From the NCBI GenBank assembly GCA_051362555.1, contig CM120646.1, positions 16,306,001 to 16,370,000 on the forward strand: a stretch of 64,000 bases of DNA, given 5' to 3'. Shown here piece by piece: positions 63,510-64,000 of this stretch. The notes below the pieces were generated by a model. That model worked only from the letters and a program-made list of their open reading frames with translations. It was not told where the DNA came from and searched no databases. Every line of letters begins with the position of its first letter. Position 1 is the first letter of the stretch. This DNA is from Lingula anatina (Eukaryota; Animalia; Brachiopoda). The position numbers and the translations under genes were made by a program.

Positions 63510-63632
63510 CGGAAGTAGAAGTCGTCGTCTTCCCCTCCCCATCCAAGGTAACCGTTGGGATAGCCATTGGTCTTCCTGAATGCCTCAGCAGGAAACCCGA
63601 GCACACCGCCAATGTATCTGTAGTACGGAACA
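63510..63632 (-). CDS. GT7 beta-1,4-galactosyltransferase/GalNAc-transferase-like gene, catalytic exon
   Basis: catttcag| ... CG|GTAAGG; 123 nt; VPYYRYIGGVLGFPAEAFRKTNGYPNGYLGWGGEDDDFYFR carries the GT7 signature GWGGEDDD. Upstream exons appear to lie beyond the window end. Confidence 0.93.
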
Positions 63633-64000
63633 CTGAAATGTAGGAGTTCATTCTATTACAACCATTTGATGTGCAACAAGAGGGTGTGGTTCAAAATAAT
63701 TGTTGAAGATAACATTTTGGCAGACTCTCAATGTAACATGCACATGTACAGGTACATGTACTAGTAAAACTTGGGTCAAATATTTCTTTTCAGAAAGTTT
63801 AATTTTAAAGAATAAAAGTGATACAGAGCCAGCCTATTTTCTACTACGTGTATGTTGACTAAGTTGTTTTTCTTGTCTGCGACGGGCATTTCTTGTAGGC
63901 GTATCTGGCAATCATTTTGAAATATCGCAAATAAGCAATTTAGTAATATCTGTCCCAAAACCGAGGTTCTAAACCATGAGTTTGGTTTAATGTCTATGGG

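Noticed and set aside
44622-63632. Functional glycosylation gene cluster (DxD proteins plus GT7)
   Set aside because: Unrelated families on opposite strands, separated by a GPCR; proximity alone does not support a cluster in an animal genome.
63457-63651. ORF-track protein MNSYISVFRTT...
   Set aside because: Wrong frame; the real exon reads VPYYRY...WGGEDDD.

Overview
AT-rich, intron-containing animal genomic DNA, probably a marine invertebrate (lophotrochozoan-like; taxon is inference only). There is no prokaryotic operon, rRNA, tRNA or CRISPR array. Protein genes: (1) two rhodopsin-class peptide GPCRs of the FMRFamide-receptor-like group, each with a single coding exon (34667-35935 + and 57990-59159 +); (2) a tandemly duplicated type II membrane protein with a DxD motif (GT-A-like putative glycosyltransferase), intact at 44622-45740, with a second copy at 49629-51439 disrupted by a fresh 689-bp PIF/Harbinger element; (3) the last five coding exons of a GT7 beta-1,4-galactosyltransferase-like gene on the minus strand (63632 to 61463), which the ORF track misses. 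The rest is mostly transposon debris: an L2/CR1 LINE, a pogo-like transposase remnant, several MITE families and microsatellites. The most striking non-standard signal is a class of 6-bp insertions at TA that create the palindromes TACATGTA, TACCGGTA and TAGGCCTA. The two duplicate copies show these present in one copy and absent in the other, and they look like DNA-transposon excision footprints that can stack. All calls come from reading the sequence by eye, without database searches. Repeat boundaries are approximate unless a TSD is given.
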